Shown here: positions 50,951-62,495 of the stretch, piece after piece
How the letters are laid out: every line of letters begins with the position of its first letter
Position numbering within the stretch: the stretch's first letter is position 1
Origin: Marsupella aquatica
Taxonomy: Eukaryota > Plantae > Marchantiophyta
Direction: 5' to 3'
NCBI GenBank assembly: GCA_973895155.1
Contig: OZ316893.1
Coordinates: forward strand, 15,716,645 to 15,780,644
Length of the DNA: 64,000 nucleotides
Notes under the pieces: generated by a model
What the model saw: the letters and a program-made list of their open reading frames with translations, nothing else
Told to the model about the DNA's origin: nothing
The model's database searches: none
Position numbers and translations under genes: made by a program

Positions 50951-53019
50951 ATGGCCACGGTAGCCGCTCGGGGGGTTGACTATCAAAAATCTTAGGAACC
51001 ACGTGCGATCCAAAATAGGTATTTTTGACAGATTTTAACTAAATTTTTAAAAAGCGTAGGAGGTAAAAGAAGGTATTATAAACTTGTGTTTATAGAATAT
51101 TCTTTAATATATACCCTTTATAAAGTAAAATAGGTTATTAATATTGAAAATAGAGAATATTCTTGGAATACTTTCTTTATAAAATAGGTCTATTTATATT
51201 AGGCTAGGATTGCACGTGGTACCCCAAAATATACACTTAGTTAACCCCCCAAGGGTAGCCGCGGCCAAGGTGACAATGCACCACATGGGGGAGAACGTGC
51301 ATAAGAACATTCTCCACCCCAAACATGCGATGTACTTGAAGACTCAGGGGTTCGAGCACCTCGCCTCTCTTCCCTGGAACACCTGCAGGTACTACAGGGA
51401 CGACATGAAGGAGTTCGTCAAGAATTATGATGACGTCCGTTAGGATACTCGGCCACGGGGGAGGAATATGTCCCTCATAGAGGAGCGGCTCAGGATGATC
51501 TTTGGGCTACCCAAGGGAGATCAACGAGTCAAATCAAGGGCTCATGGGGGCAAAGGAGCCAAGTACCAATCCTTGAGTTTCCCCTCCGAGGGGTCAGTGG
51601 ACAACGGGTTTGTGATGAGGACCTGCCTCATCCCCGAGATAGCCGAGCGGCTGGAGTTCCAGAGGTACGCCCTCCATATGATGGAACCCCGAGGCAAGAT
51701 CTCTGCTGCCCAGGTTATCCAGGTCAAGAACTATTGGCCTAGGAAGTGGGCGTCGTACTCTGCTATGAAGTTCCATGAAGAGATGGAACGGCAAAGGAAG
51801 GCGCTATACATCGGCAAGAAGGCATATTTTGCGAGCCACATCAAGATCATTCTCGAGTGGTACGCCCGGTTTGATCAACGAACCCTTCCCTAGGCCAACG
51901 TAACTAAGTTGGTCCCAACTAGGTGGGTCTTCCCGGCCTTGGAGAGACGGCCTCAACTCGAGGCCCAAAGTCTAGCGGCCACGTAGGCCTCACCCACCCC
52001 ACCTCCATGAGTAGCCATAATCGTGGCCGAAGAGGTACCGGACAAGGCACGGATCGCAACCTTAGACGCGATCAACCAGGCCGAGCGCAGAAGTCGGGGC
52101 GGTGGAGGCCTTGCCCAAGCCCGAGGGTCCAAAAGACCCACCGGTGGCTATTCTAGATGATAGCACAATGATGGAGGAGGACACCCCAGCCCCTTCCAAC
52201 ACTACATCCCTAGGGCTGGATGTCACTACCCTGGCTCCCACGCGAGTTGACGTCTACCCGTGCCCAACTCCGGACGGGCACAACCTGGACCACCTGGAAC
52301 TCTTCGTACCGAGTACATTTTTGAATGGGCTGTTGGGAGATTTCTCCCAATAGATTGCCCGAGATACCGGGGAGTTCATGGCCCGGAAGGTAGCCTACTT
52401 CTTCAACCAGGAGTTGGTTACCGCAGTAAAGGCAGGTCGGGCCCAGTCGGAGGCCCTTCAGAGGATAGAGCGGTACCGGGTTGAGTCTGTGTACCTAAAG
52501 GGAAAAATTGAGACTCAAGAGGCTGAGCTTCTGCAACTACGACCCAAGGTTGCAACCGCCGATGAGTTGTTAGCAAATGCGCATGCCCTTACCGCCTTAG
52601 CCGAACAGGCCAAAGCCAGGAAGGAGGCCAAGAATGCACGGCTCCGGACCCAGATTGACAGTTTGAAGAATCAAACTGTCATCTGGCAGAAAGACCTGGA
52701 GGAGGCCGACGAGCGGGACCAGCGTGACATTGTGGAGATTGCCGCCCTAAAGGCCAAAGTAGGATGGCTTCAAACCAAAGCCGAGAAGCAGAACCAGATG
52801 GTGGACAAGCTGACGAGCGACGCCCAACAACTGGAAGAGGCATGCCAGGAGGCAGCTGAGGAGACGAACGCGGCAAAGCGAGAGAACGAATCTCTGCTAG
52901 ACCAAGTCCAGCTCCTCAAGATGGACAACGATAGACTCCTAGGCAGCAGGATGGCCGCTCCCACTCAAACGGCTCTGGCAAGCACACCAGGCATTAGCGG
53001 AAGGTTAGGCTTAGAATAG
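50951..53019 (+). pseudogene. Accessory ORF of the nested element: plant-transposon-protein-like domain with coiled-coil tail (MITE-interrupted, stops)
   Basis: Removing the second MITE gives MATVA|AAKVTMHH...GFEHLASLPW...EFVKNY...IFGLPKG...NGF..TC..P.I.E. Heptad-rich tail 52378-53019. Homologous to the ORF at 62869. Confidence 0.65.
50967..51253. mobile_element. 287-bp MITE (second copy), 8-bp TSD GGTAGCCG
   Basis: Same family and orientation as 50358-50644; TSD at 50959-50966 and 51254-51261. Confidence 0.92.
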
Positions 53020-54009
53020 AACTAGGAGTAGCCAAAACAGGCTGTTAGGACAAGTGCCGGCCAGAAGATAGCGGCGCTAACACATTAGCCAGCCTGTGTA
53101 GAATAGGTTAGACTAATAGGACAAGCCGTAACCAGCTTAGCGAGGATATATTAAGTTAGCGTAGATTCGGGCACGAGGCCAGACTGGTCCTCAGCCCTTA
53201 GTATTTAGTAGCCCCCCGGTAGAGGCACGGGGGGGGATTTTAGACTCAAAAGTTGGCCATTCGCGATACGCACGGGGAGTCCCAAACTCGGTGAATTGCC
53301 GGAGTGCCAAGGGGAGGGTATACGACTAAGCTTGTCGGGCAAGTGCGGAGCCGGGCTCCGTTGTAGTGTATACTCCTCGGCCTTGGGCCCGTTCATTCAC
53401 GAGGTGTCGGGTCACCCAATCGTAAGTGTATAATCATATATGAATGAAATCCTTTCCCCTCAATTCCTTCGTGTAAATCAAGATTTATGTTTATGTATGA
53501 ATGCATGTATGAGTCTCGTGTGCAAGTATCAATGTCGGGCCAAACACGTTATGCCAAGCGTTCACAGGGTGTAGGTTACATGTACGGGGTGGCGAGCCCG
53601 GGTTGAGCACTTGTACTAATGAATCCGGATCAAAGGCGGTAACATGAAGGCTTAGAAGTCCGTAAGCCGGGGTCAACCCCGTGTCGACTAAGGTACGTTC
53701 CGATGGCGGAACACAAAGCATACCTAAGCGTGCTTGTAAGTAAATGTATGCACACTTAGCGCTAGTTTGGGAGAATTATGTGCACTCTGCACGTCCCTCC
53801 CTGCCCGAACTCAAATATTAGCAAGGGAAGTGTCTATCTTAGACATAGATAGGCCTAAGGACTAGGCCGATGGTGTGACATAGTTTTTGTTTTTGGCGCT
53901 AGATGGAGGGGGCACTCTACGTGTAGTAGAGGGGAGACATGTGCGAGTGCACCAGGGCAAGGTACACCAGGCCCCAGTTCATTACTAACCCTCGCATTTA
54001 TACGAGTAG

Positions 54010-55990
54010 ATGCCCGTCACCCATTCTCAAGCTGCTTACTTGAGGAGATTGACCAGCAAACGAGAGAGTGCGACCACAACAAGCTCCGAATCCTCAGGCT
54101 CGGAGGATTTGCCATCGCCTCGACAAATGAACATACCACCGGGACCTTCGGGGTCCGGTCCATCCGGTCCTGTTCCGGTCTCTACTGCACCACCGCCAAC
54201 ACTACCACCGCCAGCACTACCGATGGCAGCAGCCCCACCGGCTATGCCCCGCGCTGCCCAAGCTCCCCTACAAATATCACAACGGTCACGGTTTCATTAT
54301 CGACCTTTCAAAGGGCGTCATGGGGACAATCTGGATGAATGGTTGGATGAATTCGAAGCCACTACTAAGGCCAACGGGGAAGATGCCATTAAGCTAACCG
54401 TCCTCCCCGTTGTGATGCGGGGAGAAGCTCGTCCATGGTACAACTCGCTGCCACCCGGAACTACATGGGCACAATTCCAATCTGCGTTGCTGCAAGAGTT
54501 TCGTGCCATTGGATCAGAGTAGCGCTCTTTATTAAAGATCGGCCAGCTTCGCATGGCAAAGAAGGAATCCTTGCGAAAGTTCATTCAGAAGTTTTAGAAA
54601 CTTGCCGCCAAGATCCGGCCCAGGCCAGGTGATGCGCTCCAGCTTACATGGTTCCTCCACGGTTTGCCCATGAATATGCAATTTTGGGTGCGCCAGAATA
54701 ACCCAATTTCAATGCAAGCAGCCATAGCGTGCGCCGAAACCTGCCGGGAGTCCACTTATAACTCTCGGCCAACGGGCACGCCACAAGAAGGGCAAATACG
54801 AGACCTTCAGTGACAGTGACTCCAAATTGGATGACGAGAAGAAGAAGAAATGCAAGAAGAAGAAGAAACATCGTTCGACCTCGTCCAGTTCGGAGACCGA
54901 ATCTAGTTTGGATTTGACTTCGACCAGCGGACCGTCCATTTCCAGCTCATGGGGAAGTGATTTGGAGAGCGAGAGCCGGAGCAAGAAGAAGAAGAGGCGG
55001 GTTAAGAAGGAGGGGAAAATCAAACCCCGTGTTCAAAGAACGATACCCGATCCGAAGGCCGCTGAAGCAGATAAGCTCAATGAAATTACGGATCGTCTCA
55101 AAGCACTACCAGTACACCTTGCGGACAAGCCCTTGGAGAAAAAGAAACCTTCCAAGACCCGAGCACACGCATGGTGCTCCAAGTGTTTCCAATCCGGACA
55201 CGTGGTGCAAGAATGCCCGCGATGGAAGAATAGGGTCCATCAGGTGGAATTGGAGGACGCTGACAGCCCGGGACCAGAATTGGAGTCCACCAAGTACTTC
55301 TTTGAAGACTCCAAGGATTCTGTATACCAGATTTTCACGATGGGTTTGCGCAACTTAGCTGGTAGGACGGCCTACCCTTACCCAAACAATGGCAGGAATG
55401 TCCAGGTTATCAGTAACCCGAGCATCCCTCCTAAACCCGGGATTTGGCGATCCCTAGTTTGTTACAACTGTGAGAAGCCGGGCCACTTTGCCAGGGAATG
55501 CACCAAGCCAAGACGGCAGGGAGAGGCCCACTCCACGGCCAATTGCCCCTTGGTGATCGCTGCCCGAGCCAGTGCAGCCAGGCCGGCCCTAGGAGGTCCT
55601 GCTGCTAGCGATGCTGTCATACAAATGATTGCTGTAGAATGGCAAGATGATACCATGGAATGGGTAAATCTGGTGGATGTGGTGGAACACCCGAATCCAT
55701 CGGACAAAGTCGAGTGCTACCATGTGTCGACTCGGGCCGAATGAAAGCAAGAGAAATAGGAAGAGAAGCGTCGGAAAAAGCAAGATACTACCCCGGTGCA
55801 GCCAGCAGTAGAAATTTCCCCAGAGGAGGATGACGATTACCGGCGAGACAACCCAAAGCTATTCTTCCCCCGCATTGAAGAATATGTTAAGAAGCAGATG
55901 GAGGCTTATGAAGCACGCAAATACCATAAAGCTATCGACAAGGACATCAAAGCAGCCGAAGCCGCCCAAAGACAAGAGCAGGAGAAGCAA
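54010..55990 (+). pseudogene. gag: Gag of the nested element with two CCHC knuckles (stops and frameshift)
   Basis: FKGRHGDNLDEWLDEFE, ARPWY, TWAQFQSALLQEF, CSKCFQSGHVVQEC, CYNCEKPGHFAREC. Confidence 0.85.
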
Positions 55991-58752
55991 CACATGTCCA
56001 ACACACTGGTCCTTGCTGCTGGGCAGCATATGAAGGCAACGGTCTCTGCACACCCGTCCCTCTAGAACCTGACTGAGGTCGTGCCAAACGCCTCCACGAC
56101 TCCCACTACTACCACCACCACCACTACTACGAGACTATAAAGTGGCTGGCTGAACACAAGAAGTAGTGGCGGTATCCCTACTAAATGCAGATGTCACTAC
56201 CCTCTCCTCCACCATGTTAAGCTCAATCTTCTCAGCCAAAGCAAACACATGGGACAACGTGGGTGGATCATCACTCATCAGAGTAGCATCACGTACCGTC
56301 CTCCGCAACTCTCTGTCCAAAATCCCATACCAGAACTGGATAGCCTGCACCTCAGTCACACCCTGGGTAACTGAAATCAAACGCCGCATACGAGTGTATG
56401 CCTCACGAAGACTCTCACCAGTCTTTCTCTCAAACTCCTGAAGACTCCTCAACTTCTCTGTCTTCACCCCCTGGTAGTTCTTCTTCAACCTCTTGAAGAA
56501 CTCCGTAACTGGGCTGAACGAAGGTGGAACGCTAGTGCCTCCACTAGTGCCTCCACTAGCACCTCCACTAGTGCCTCCACTAGTGCCTCCACTGGTACCT
56601 CCACTAGTACCAACACCACCCTGAGTGATAGACACATAGGCTGGAGCCCAATGTTGTCTCCATGCCTCAATCTCAACAGCATGGTCCTTCCGGAACTCAT
56701 GATAATCATCCATGGGAGGCCCCTCCAAGTGCTGAAACAACCCCTTCAAGAAAGGTGTAAACAACATGGCGTTACGCAACATCTGCATATCACACCATGT
56801 ATCAAACTCTTGGATGAAGTCCTCCAACTCAATGGTGCTCACTACCCCTGAGTAATGTTGTGGGCCCTTCATGGCCCCGTACATCCCGTCCATATCCCAA
56901 ATCAATGGGGCTGCTACACTGGACAATACAACTGAAAACTTGATGCTTGGAACACCCTCGTCCTCCTTCTCATCAACTAACAATAGTGGGAAAGGTAGCC
57001 AATACCTCAATCCACTCCGTGTAAAACCACCAGTGTCTGCACCAAGGTCCCCAACAGGACCACCAAACTGCTCCGTGATGACAAGCTGCAACAGCACCAC
57101 CACCAAATCACCACCACTAAGTAACCAAGTAATGTCGATGTCACCGTATTACTCTAGCCCTAATAGCTACATGGGTGTGGGCAACCTAACCTGTCACCAC
57201 AAGCAGCCTCCCATGGTCTACTGGTCATTACTCCAGTCTCACCGTGAGAGAAACATAGGTAGTCTGACTGGTCATCACTCCAGCCTCACTACCGGCAACA
57301 CACTAGAGTAAAACTACTCCGGAAATCAGCGTTAGCCCTAACAATGGGCGCGCAAGCAAGAAGCAGCAATGGAGGGGATCCAAACACAGGAAGTACAACG
57401 ACAACCCTAGCCTCCAATCGCAAATGAAATACAAAACAGAAATCAAGGTAACACAATCCACCAACCGTGGTGCCCCTTGAATCCACAAAACAAACCACAC
57501 AATCCTAACGCAATGTAGCTACTCCGCTAGTAGTCTATGACGTGCATGCTCCTCGCACTCCCAGCATTTGATAATGTCACTTGCATGGAAACGCTATCCA
57601 CCACCATCCGCTAGGAATCCCAAAACGGGTCCTAACGCGACCTAAAACGATGCATATATGGGGGAAAATGTCCAAATAATACACCAATTCCTCTAAGGCA
57701 GTCTATACACTAGCAGAATTCAGAACCTGCCAGTTAAGCGTCTTGCAGGCACAATAGTGCAAACATGGGTGACCAGTTATGCAACACAATACTCACAAAA
57801 ACTACTCACAAATTTGCAAAACTGTCTCACGCCCAAGCAAGCTTGCTTGCTTGCTCCCTTGCTCCTTTCTCCGCCTCTCACGCCCACTCGCCCCGAGCTA
57901 CCACGAGTTGCCTCAAAGCCTCAAAACGCCGAGACATGCCCCTTTTGCCTCGACTCGCTCCGCTACGCTACGAGCAAAGCGCCCCCAACATGCAAGTTTG
58001 CTATCCACCATAGCCAGGCCTTGAGCTAGTCTGCCAAATTTTGATCTCTGATTACTCCGTGAATCCTTGACGAAAAATGAATCTGTCTGGACCAGAATTC
58101 AATTGGCCACCATAGCTATCTCTCTACAAGAAATCAACTACAACTGAGGTCTGTACTTTGAGCTAAAAATCGGACAACATTTTGGCCTATACATTTCTGA
58201 AGTTGCACAACGCTTTTGCTCACGATCTATGAGCCACAAGTAGGACAGCGCTTCCGCGCCACTGATCACACAACACAAATCTGCAACTCTGTCATCCAGA
58301 TCTACTACCAACGCACTGAAATCCGGCAGCGCTTTTGCATAGATTCATCAATACAAAAATCTGCAACGGTTCCTCTCTGAAACAACAATTCGCTCCACAC
58401 ACCAGAGCTAAATAGTTCTGCACGATTGAATCGATGTTGCAAATCAGACAAGGATCAACATCAAAAACCTCTCACCCGATCTAGATGACTTCCAACAGAG
58501 CTTCCGCGCACTCAAGCTTTCCAAATCTGAAAAACCGTAGAACACGAACCAAATTCTTCATTCTTTGATTACTTCCAACTTGCTTGACCAAACCAGGCGA
58601 TCTTTAGTGCGTTGGAAAGCTCTCAGCAACACGCTTCTTCCGCACCCATACACGCACCAAATCCACAAACCACAATGTATCCACGGCTGATGCTATCAAA
58701 CAGCCCACCAGATCCTATTGATCTCCGATCGAAGTTACAATCGATCACTACG

Positions 58753-58763
58753 AGTTCTTTGAG
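58753..58763 (-). promoter_or_regulatory. Self-complementary primer binding site CTCAAAGAACT
   Basis: Directly abuts the 5' repeat B' on the minus strand and is the exact complement of AGTTCTTTGAG inside B' (58931-58921). No TGG tRNA-type PBS is present. Confidence 0.7.
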
Positions 58764-59127
58764 TGAAATCCGTGAAAGACATACTATCATAAAACACGTA
58801 AGAACACACACAGTCAAGCCAAACCCACTCCGCAATGGAGAATCTAGGCCGAAGCTAACGGGACACCATAGCCAAGGAGCTCCACTCACTACCAAGGCTC
58901 TCCCAATGCCAAAGGCTCAACTCAAAGAACTAACCGTCCTTTGAGCCTCTCCACACTATACCCTCCAACCCTAAGGGCGGATCCTACTAGAGGAGTCACC
59001 CTCAACAGGGCACCCCCTCTAACCCTCTACCATGGAACCAGACTCCTAACTAGGCACTACAACCCATCTAAGGTATGGACTCTACTAGTACACTACATAG
59101 TCTAGCACGCTACGTATGGTCATGACA
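58764..59127 (-). repeat. 5' terminal repeat B' of the DNMT element
   Basis: 364-bp direct repeat of 42672-43035; about 14 substitutions by eye, nearly all transitions. Confidence 0.93.
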
Positions 59128-59149
59128 GCATAGCAAGTTAGTTGCGTGT

Positions 59150-60549
59150 AGTTGCGGAACTTGACTACCTTAACACTTAGCTTCGACGTTGTTGACTCCA
59201 AGACAAAATCCTTTTTGGTCCAAGCCTCCGGAACGGCCATCCGGTAGGGACTAAGTATATATGGGGAGACTAGTGGGAAATGAGGCATTTTACTAGTAAG
59301 GGTAAGGCGCTAAGCTGGTGACACACACTAAGGACTTAGACTAGCTTGGAGTTGGTCGGGTCATGGGAAGGGCCGAACTCAAGGTGGACCATCCAGACGC
59401 CTGGACAAAATTTAATTTTTGAGGGTGGGAGCTCATCCTAGGCCCAAGGCTAATGAAGTCTACTTCATGCGTAATTGACAATTTGCACATGAGATACGAC
59501 GCGGCCCCGATGCAACCGTCCAAGATCCCCAATTGATGATGGGTTCTGAGGGCCTAAGCATGAGCATTGGGTTGGCCCAATCACAATGGGCTAAGGCACT
59601 CCACTTACGAACATCAAGCTAGTCAGAAAGTTACTAACATAGCAAGTTACTTGCGTGCCCATGCGTGCAGGTTGGAGTCCAGGTTGAGGGCCAAATATAG
59701 GATACCAAAGTCGGCCCAGGGGTGATAGGTCTCCAAAAGCATATGTGAGGGAAGTGGTGTCTCCTTGGGGCCAAGGGCAAGCCCAAGTCGTGAACCGTGG
59801 CAGTCAAGCTAGACACCAAGAGAAAATGCCAAACAAAATTGATGATAACTTCTCAACGAGAAGTCCGTTGGAGGACTTCTTGGATGAGTTTGGAAAGCTC
59901 TTAAGAAAGGATATATTCTCCAAAGCTCAACTAGGTCTGGGAGTGCCATGGATTCTCATGGTTTGCGGGCTATCTCGCTCACTTGCCAAATCCTACCGAA
60001 ACACTAGCCAAGCCCCAACAAGCTGCATTCAGATTCCCACGCAAGCTTGCGTTGGGGAGGCAAAGCAACGTAGGCATGGGGGATGAGTTCCAAGTGCACT
60101 TGACCCCTAGACTATTTGTTTAGTGAGAATCTTGGAGTTGGTTGCCAAAATCGAGGCCAATTTGGTCCCAACATTTTGGACAAGCTAGCTAATTGGGCCA
60201 TGAACATGTTCTCAGGGCAGGGCGGCCAACCAGTGACGGATAGAAAGTGGGGAAGCACGGGCGGCACGCAAAGAGGGGTTGTTCAGGGCACAATTCAAGA
60301 CAAGTAGTGAGCTGGTGTCGGCTCTAGCTTTGGTTTATGGCAAGGCCATGCAGGCCCGAGAGGTTCTATTTGCTGACCTACTTACCAATGTCTGTTGAGC
60401 TTGAGTTGGGATACTAGTCTTGGAGTTCATAGATCCTATGCGGTTACTTACCAAAGTATTTGGTTGTTTGTGCAGACAGTGAGGACCGTTGAGCGACGAT
60501 CATGTTAGGGAGCAAGTGTGGCTTTGTATGATTGGGAGTTGTTGCAATT
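59150..60549 (+). repeat. Diverged solo-LTR-like copy of the AGT-start chromovirus LTR family (right end approximate; further fragment ~60737-60960)
   Basis: Begins AGTTGCGGAACTTGACTACCTTAACACTTAGC and shows collinear similarity to the reverse complement of 24791-26283. Confidence 0.7.
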
Positions 60550-62495
60550 GACTCAACCTTTGAGTGACGGTCGTGTCCCTCAGTCCCTGTTGCTCTTACA
60601 CCTTGTTATTTCTGATTTTCTATAAAATTTGTCTTGTTCTCGGTAATATTAATAATTATTAGTTCAAAATGAATAAAAACCAACCATCAAGCATTTGCAC
60701 ATACTCTGCATATTATTTAAGACTTAGGGCCCAGGGCTTGGATGCGTTGGAAAGCTCTTGAGGAGGACTGCATTCTCTAGAGCTTAGCTAGTTTTGGGGT
60801 GCCTTTGGGTCTAGAGGTTTGCAAGGGCTATCTTGCCCATTTGCCAAATCTTGTCAAAATAGCAGCCAAGCTGCATTTAATTTCCAACGTAGCTTGCGTT
60901 GGGAAGACAATGCAGAGTAGCCACGGGTGTTCAGGTCCAATGGTATTTGGCTCCTAGACTCTTCTATTTAATTTACACTCTAAAAAAGTACAACAAAATT
61001 CTTCAACTACTGTAATATTTACCAAGGTAATATAAGAAACCCAATAAACTTTTCAACTTCTTTACCATTTACCAAGGTAACTTAATAAACGCTTTGGCTA
61101 CTATGGATAGAGGAGTAACAAGCAAACTCAAGGTAAGAAACACCATCACTACTATGGTAGGTAGAGGAGTACCCAGGGACTCTAAGACTTTTTGACTACT
61201 ATGGACAAATTAATGTTTTGCATAAACTATATATGGAATGGTACATGTATTGTAAAGACATAGAGGTAGTAAGGGAAATGTTTTGCATGGAGAATTACAC
61301 TTGGCATTACCATGAATGTACTCCTATTTGAAAATAATGAAATTGTCATAGTTAAATACCTTTAAAGTTCACTTCATTTAATCTTTGTATGCATCTATCT
61401 ATTCCACTGTGCAACTCTTCATGGATCCAAATAATTCAATAAAGCAAGCTTACATAACCAAGGGGTCCTTCAGTTGAATTAATTATTCATCTTACTTTCT
61501 AAGTAACTCATCCACTTAAAGACATATAAAATCAGTGAAAATTATGTTTGCTTGAGATCATATGGATTGGAGGTCTTTTATATTATTAATACGATGATTG
61601 TATATTATAAATTTTGAAGTTAGAATTTAGCCCTTTGCTGCTTCAAGTTTGTTACTAATATTATGCATGGTTGACGGCAGGCCAAGGACGTTAACCAATT
61701 TGGAATCATAAATTATTCAGTTTTACGTTCATGGTAAAGCCATCAATGAGAGATTGGAGGAATTGAATGTAAGTCTCTGGTGTCTTTTGCCCATGTTATG
61801 TTTGGTTCAGGTCAATCTGAGCAACTTCACAGATTTTTGGCACATTTATAGCTTGGGCCAGGATTGAACTACACCCAAGGTGTTATTTTTTTAATTTCTT
61901 TTCTTTCTAGAGGGAATTTTATGACAAGAAACATTGATTTGGTTGTTTTTAGCACTCGGGGGTTTCACTTCCACAAAAATGGCATATCACGTGCGACGAA
62001 GTATAGGGTCATTTTATTGGTTCAAAGGGAAGACTTAAGAATTTTTTGAGAAGAACAATAGGGTCTTTTAAATCCAATTTTGAGACTTATAAGAACATTA
62101 GGGTCCTTATAACCAAAATTCAGGAATATTCCAAGAATATTCCAACTTTATAGGGGTTGAAAAAATAAATTTTTTTCTTATATTTTAGGGGGTCCAAGGC
62201 CTAAAAACGTCGCAAGTGATGGGGAGGCATCCGTATAGTGAGACCCCCGAGTTTTAGCAGAAATGGTGCAATTCCGTAGGTGGTGTTAGGGTGGGTTCCC
62301 ATCAAAAGTCATCTTTTAAACTAATCTTGTTAAATAGAAAGAATCCAGACGCAGGGTTCCCGCTGACTCAAGTGGCAGTCATATTTAAATGTGATAGTTA
62401 AAATCACTAATGATCACTTGTTAGTGCCTGTCATTGTGTGAGTACTGAACTAAAAAGTTGAGTGCCAAAAATCTTGGAACTTGACTTTTTATAAC

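Larger units (their letters stand above)
49422..55990 (+). mobile_element. Nested, 3'-truncated Ty3/gypsy-like element (non-chromoviral, Tat/Athila-like): long coding LTR-like leader, PBS, gag
   Basis: Starts TGTGACGCC at 49422; TATAAAA at ~49783; ...TGTGACA at 53880; T-rich spacer then PBS-like TGGCGCTAGATGGAGGG (53894-53910); gag from 54010; ends abruptly with no pol. Confidence 0.75.
48423..57106 (-). pseudogene. gag: Gag of the DNMT element, split by the nested insertion (57106-55992 and 49421-48423)
   Basis: Capsid-like LEDFIQEFDTW...ESLREAYTRM...FWYGIL. A zinc knuckle CWTC|GGDHVQRVC is rejoined across the insertion; second knuckle CDHCGRAGHPQDRC; RGG tract; 12-bp GGTS tandem repeat at ~56531-56610. 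Confidence 0.8.
42561..59127 (-). mobile_element. Ty3/gypsy retrotransposon with DNMT3-like methyltransferase and PHD finger, split direct repeats, 4-bp TSD GCAT
   Basis: Termini TGTCGTG...CATGACA. GCAT at 42557-42560 and 59128-59131. Domain order gag-PR-DNMT-RT-RH-INT-PHD on the minus strand. Confidence 0.9.

Noticed and set aside
55796-56065. ORFs spanning 55990, and likewise 33318-33740 and 24508-24894, as genes
   Set aside because: They are chimeric read-throughs across insertion junctions.
42561-59127. Classification as a DIRS/Ngaro tyrosine-recombinase element because of split repeats and an MTase
   Set aside because: It encodes a protease and an HHCC/DDE integrase, has TG..CA ends and a TSD. 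No tyrosine recombinase motif was seen, and the MTase is C5-type.
59145-60576. CGTGT as the TSD of the solo LTR starting at 59150
   Set aside because: The implied right end lacks the family's ACT terminus, and CGTGT is also part of the LTR sequence itself, so the boundary is left approximate.
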